Shown: positions 7,767 to 10,612 of the stretch, in pieces
How the letters are laid out: every line of letters starts with the position of its first letter
Numbering within the stretch: the stretch's first letter is position 1
Assembly (NCBI GenBank): GCA_043813605.1
Contig: JBDRKX010000021.1
Span: 1 to 10,612, forward strand
Length of the DNA: 10,612 nucleotides
Source of the DNA: Elusimicrobiota bacterium
GTDB lineage: Bacteria > CG03 > SLGR01 > JBDRKX01
Direction of reading: 5' to 3'
The notes under the pieces: model-generated
What the model was told of the DNA's origin: nothing
Database searches by the model: none
Seen by the model: only the letters and a program-made list of their open reading frames with translations
Made by a program: the position numbers and the translations under genes

Positions 7767-8330
7767 GTGAAGAAGACATCGAGCATGAACAGGAAAGAAG
7801 CGATCGAATTGATTGAAACCAATATTAAGACAAAAAACCTGGACAAACATATGTTTGCTGCTGAAGCCTGCATGAGAAGACTCGCATCTCATTTCGGTGA
7901 AGATGAAGATAGGTGGTCAATGGCAGGCCTGCTGCATGATATTGACTACGATATAACAAAAGGCGATTTTTCCAGGCACGGTGTTGTATCGGCAGAAATG
8001 CTCGAAACAGCAGGTGTTTCAGGTGACATAATCGACGCTATCAGGGCCCATGCTTCAAAAAAAGATATTTCCAGCAGGATGGAACAGGCGCTGTATGCGG
8101 TCGATCCGCTGACAGGCCTTATTGTTGCTTCCACTCTCATGCATCCGGCAAAAAAAATAGGTGAAGTTGATGTCAATTTTGTCATGAACAGGTTCAAAGA
8201 AAAAAGGTTTGCCGCAGGCGCCGACAGGGCTCAAATAAAGAGCTGCGAGAACATGGGTGTCCAGCTGGAAGAATTCATAACAATATGTCTTAACGGTATG
8301 CAGGAGATAGCCGGAGAGATAGGACTATAG
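7767..8330 (+). CDS. HD-domain metal-dependent phosphohydrolase (small COG2316-like HD protein)
   Basis: KHMFAAEACMR, AGLLHDIDYD, RHG, AIRAHA, LYAVDPLTGLI, FKEKRFAAGADR. The start is either GTG 7767 or ATG 7785 (MNRKEAIELI resembles the usual N-terminus of the family). Confidence 0.88.
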   Translation: MKKTSSMNRKEAIELIETNIKTKNLDKHMFAAEACMRRLASHFGEDEDRWSMAGLLHDIDYDITKGDFSRHGVVSAEMLETAGVSGDIIDAIRAHASKKDISSRMEQALYAVDPLTGLIVASTLMHPAKKIGEVDVNFVMNRFKEKRFAAGADRAQIKSCENMGVQLEEFITICLNGMQEIAGEIGL

Positions 8331-8331
8331 T

Positions 8332-8928
8332 ATGGATATCAAACTTATTCTATTTGATTTTGGAGGAGTGATAGCTCCTGAAGGCTTTCAATTGGGAATA
8401 CTTAAACTCTCCATGGAATTCGGCCGGCCTTTTGAAGAGATGTACAGGATAGCCGGGTATAAAGCGGCACTGGAAAGCGGGTATACCGCCGGGAAAACAG
8501 GAGAGGACGAATACTGGAAGATAGTTGCCGGCGCACTGGACTTGGACAAGGATCTCAGTTCGTATAATTATGTATATCTCGATAATTTTCAGCCCCGGAC
8601 AGAAATGATCGAGCTTTTCAAAAAGATCCATCACACTTACAAACTCGGCATTTTCTCAGACCAGACAAACTGGATATACGATATAGATAACATGTATCCG
8701 TTCATGGATCATTTCGACTATAAATTTATTTCCTATGACCTCGGATTCACAAAACATGATGATGAGTTTTACAGGATACCGGCAGTTTCTACCGGGATAG
8801 ATCCCGCCAGGATACTGGTTATAGACGATAAACAGAGGGTCATAGACAACTGTATTAAAGCGGGTATGAACGGTTACCTTTTCACTTCTATAGAGGGATG
8901 CAGAGAATATATCTCGGCTCTGAAATAA
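8332..8928 (+). CDS. HAD-superfamily hydrolase (YihX-like phosphatase)
   Basis: 198 aa. Motif I LFDFGGV, motif II IFSD, motif III Lys (GFTK), motif IV VIDD...N...GM. SD GGAG upstream, inside the HD gene. Confidence 0.87.
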   Translation: MDIKLILFDFGGVIAPEGFQLGILKLSMEFGRPFEEMYRIAGYKAALESGYTAGKTGEDEYWKIVAGALDLDKDLSSYNYVYLDNFQPRTEMIELFKKIHHTYKLGIFSDQTNWIYDIDNMYPFMDHFDYKFISYDLGFTKHDDEFYRIPAVSTGIDPARILVIDDKQRVIDNCIKAGMNGYLFTSIEGCREYISALK

Positions 8929-8941
8929 TCTCAGTAACAAG

Positions 8942-9727
8942 ATGAAAATATTCTATTTTTCCGGTACAGGAAATACTCTCATGATGGCAAAAACACTGTC
9001 AGAAAATCTTACAGCCGAAGAGGTTGATGTTCAACTGGTCAATATAGAAAGCTGCCGGGAGAATGTTACCGAACCGGGAAGAGAATTCATACTCATGTTC
9101 CCTGTATACGCTTACGGCCCTCCGAAGATGGTGCGGAATTTCATAGATAATCTCCGGCAAGGAAACGGTATTGAGAAAGTATACCTTGTGCTCAACTACG
9201 GGCTGTTGCCCGTAAACACCTTCAGCATTACAGCGGGATTGCTCAAGAAAAAAGGGTACAGAACCGTTTACAGCGCCGGACACAGAATGCCGGCAAACTA
9301 TATCAATCTTTACAATCCGCGCCCACCGGATGTAACTGGACAGGGCTACAAAGCTGTCCCTAAACTGGAATCAATAGCAAAAGATATCATTGACGGTAAA
9401 GAGAACATAATTCCTGCAGGCAGCCTGTTCTTACGGTTGCCGATGAAGATGATCTACTCCTTATTTCTAAAAATATCCGACTGGATGGGTACTAAGTTCC
9501 GTTTTGACGGAAAATGTACGAAATGCGGTATATGTTCCGATCTCTGCCCCGTAAAGAACATAACCTTTTCCAGGGAGACCGGCCCCGGGTGGGGCAAAAA
9601 CTGCGAACAGTGCATGAGATGTATCCACCTCTGTCCCGAAAAAGCGATACAGTGGTTCTCGGTAACGAAAAAACGGAGAAGATACAAAAATCCCACGATC
9701 GAACTGAAAGAACTTTACAGGCCCTGA
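8942..9727 (+). CDS. EFR1-family ferredoxin (N-terminal flavodoxin-like domain plus 2x[4Fe-4S] dicluster)
   Basis: 261 aa. YFSGTGNT, FPVYAYGPP, MPANY; two CxxCxxCxxxCP motifs (CTKCGICSDLCP, CEQCMRCIHLCP); C-terminal RRRYKNP. Confidence 0.9.
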   Translation: MKIFYFSGTGNTLMMAKTLSENLTAEEVDVQLVNIESCRENVTEPGREFILMFPVYAYGPPKMVRNFIDNLRQGNGIEKVYLVLNYGLLPVNTFSITAGLLKKKGYRTVYSAGHRMPANYINLYNPRPPDVTGQGYKAVPKLESIAKDIIDGKENIIPAGSLFLRLPMKMIYSLFLKISDWMGTKFRFDGKCTKCGICSDLCPVKNITFSRETGPGWGKNCEQCMRCIHLCPEKAIQWFSVTKKRRRYKNPTIELKELYRP

Positions 9728-9731
9728 CTTT

Positions 9732-10472
9732 CTAAAATAGTTCCCTGTTACCTGAATTGGAAGACAATCCTAGCATCTCTTTAAGCATTTTTGCATTTGT
9801 TGCCGCGCTTCCTGCGTGACAGTTATTGAAAAAAAGAAAGGTTTTTGCCGCCTTTTTGCCCATACTTTCTATTTCCGGTAAAAACTCCCTGAGCTCCTTT
9901 TCTGAATAGAGATAATCATACCGTACGGATGTCGATGAATTGAACCAGTTTTCATTCCTGCCGTGGAACCTTATATAGGCGGTATCTGAAGTAACCCTGT
10001 TTTCGAACGGCATCAGCCGCGGGAACTGCGGTTCATCGACTGCGCAATAGGAAATACCGTTCTGTTCCAGAAAAGAAAAGGTATCTTCTTTAAGCCATGC
10101 GGAATTGCGGAATTCGACCACGAGAGCGTCATTTTTAAGGTATTCTCCGGCAGCCAGTATATAATCCATGTTCCGGCTGGTGGGATAGAAGAATACAGGG
10201 AATTGCAGTAGTACAGCTCCTAATTTATTATTATCTCTTAAAGGTTGTAGCGAATCATAAAAATATTCATAAAGTTCTTTAACTTTGACCGGGTCGGGCT
10301 TTTCTGTTATCCTGTAATCAAAAGAATCGTGGGTCATGGTCTTATTACCTTTTACTACAAACTCGAAATCCGGCGAAGTCTTACTGCAGAATCTTTCCAT
10401 TAATCCCGCAGTGGGCATGGTATAATAAGTAAAATTCAACTCGACAGCATCAAACCCCAGTTCCTGTTCGTA
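9732..10472 (-). CDS. DUF72 (YecE/UPF0759) family protein, apparently 5'-truncated (possible pseudogene)
   Basis: FDAVELNFTYYTMP, FEFVVKG, LGAVLLQFP, VVEFRNSAW, CAVDEP, AYIRFHGRN, RYDYLYS, FFNN. Family-like sequence begins at YEQELGF (10472). The N-terminal IGTSG...W...YP segment is absent in all three minus-strand frames up to the window end. The ORF-track extension to 10580 is non-homologous AT-rich sequence. Confidence 0.85.
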   Translation of the reverse strand, partial: YEQELGFDAVELNFTYYTMPTAGLMERFCSKTSPDFEFVVKGNKTMTHDSFDYRITEKPDPVKVKELYEYFYDSLQPLRDNNKLGAVLLQFPVFFYPTSRNMDYILAAGEYLKNDALVVEFRNSAWLKEDTFSFLEQNGISYCAVDEPQFPRLMPFENRVTSDTAYIRFHGRNENWFNSSTSVRYDYLYSEKELREFLPEIESMGKKAAKTFLFFNNCHAGSAATNAKMLKEMLGLSSNSGNRELF

Positions 10473-10509
10473 ATTGTTATTGAGTTCAATATAATCACTG
10501 AAAAATAAG

Positions 10510-10537
10510 TTGACAACAGAAATAAACTTGTCAAAAT
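10510..10537 (+). promoter_or_regulatory. Sigma70-type promoter overlapped by a TTGACAA-N11-TTGTCAA inverted repeat
   Basis: TTGACA (10510-10515), 16 bp, CAAAAT (10532-10537) with a TGn extension; SD AAGAGGGA at 10545-10552. Confidence 0.55.
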
Positions 10538-10560
10538 AGAAATTAAGAGGGAAAATATCG

Positions 10561-10612
10561 ATGTTGAAAAAACTCATCAAAAAAATGTTCGGAGCGGATT
10601 TAATAAAACAGA
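10561..10612 (+). CDS. 5' end of an unidentified protein-coding gene running off the window (MLKKLIKKMFGADLIKQ...)
   Basis: ATG 8 nt after an SD, downstream of a promoter; frame open to the window end; basic amphipathic N-terminus. Only 17 codons are visible. Confidence 0.55.
   Translation, partial: MLKKLIKKMFGADLIKQ

Noticed and set aside
8332..8928. HAD motif deviations (DFG instead of DxD, KH instead of KP) as signs of inactivation
   Set aside because: DxGGV is normal for the YihX-like subfamily, and the nucleophile Asp, Ser, Lys and DD are all present.
10473..10580. ORF-track N-terminus of DUF72 (MMSFFNIDIFPLNFYF...)
   Set aside because: Phe/Asn/Ile-rich translation of AT-rich DNA with no SD and no family motifs. 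It overlaps a + strand promoter, SD and start codon.
10473..10612. Intein or self-splicing intron interrupting DUF72
   Set aside because: No His-Asn followed by Cys/Ser/Thr (the junction is NNN/Y), no group II domain V hairpin and no terminal G of a group I intron.
10561..10612. Right-edge ORF as secA, based on the MLKKLIKKMFG start
   Set aside because: The following residues (ADLIKQ) do not match the SecA S/T-x-N-D/E-R pattern, and 17 codons are too few to assign.

Overview
A gene-dense bacterial window with five blocks. (1) A moxR-type AAA+ ATPase plus DUF58 pair on the + strand, behind a clean sigma70 promoter and without the usual downstream VWA/bat genes. (2) Two tandem, overlapping membrane-anchored GAF-like/GGDEF diguanylate cyclase genes on the - strand. 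(3) A tightly packed six-gene + strand operon: SucC-like, SucD-like, nitrilase-family amidohydrolase, HD protein, HAD hydrolase and EFR1 flavodoxin/ferredoxin. (4) A convergent DUF72 gene whose conserved N-terminus is replaced at about 10473 by AT-rich DNA. (5) A promoter and the start of a + strand gene at the right edge. The strongest lead is that the SucCD-like ligase keeps its nucleotide, CoA and phospho-His machinery but has substitutions at the succinate-binding positions of both subunits (alpha Tyr159 to Val; beta GIV to CIS; DVGGG to EVSGR). It is also translationally coupled to an amidase-like enzyme, which suggests an uncharacterised amide-to-acid-to-acyl-CoA pathway rather than the TCA-cycle enzyme. 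The second lead is a recombination-like junction with a dif-like 11-6-11 site where DUF72 homology stops. All family assignments come from motif recognition by eye; no database search was run.
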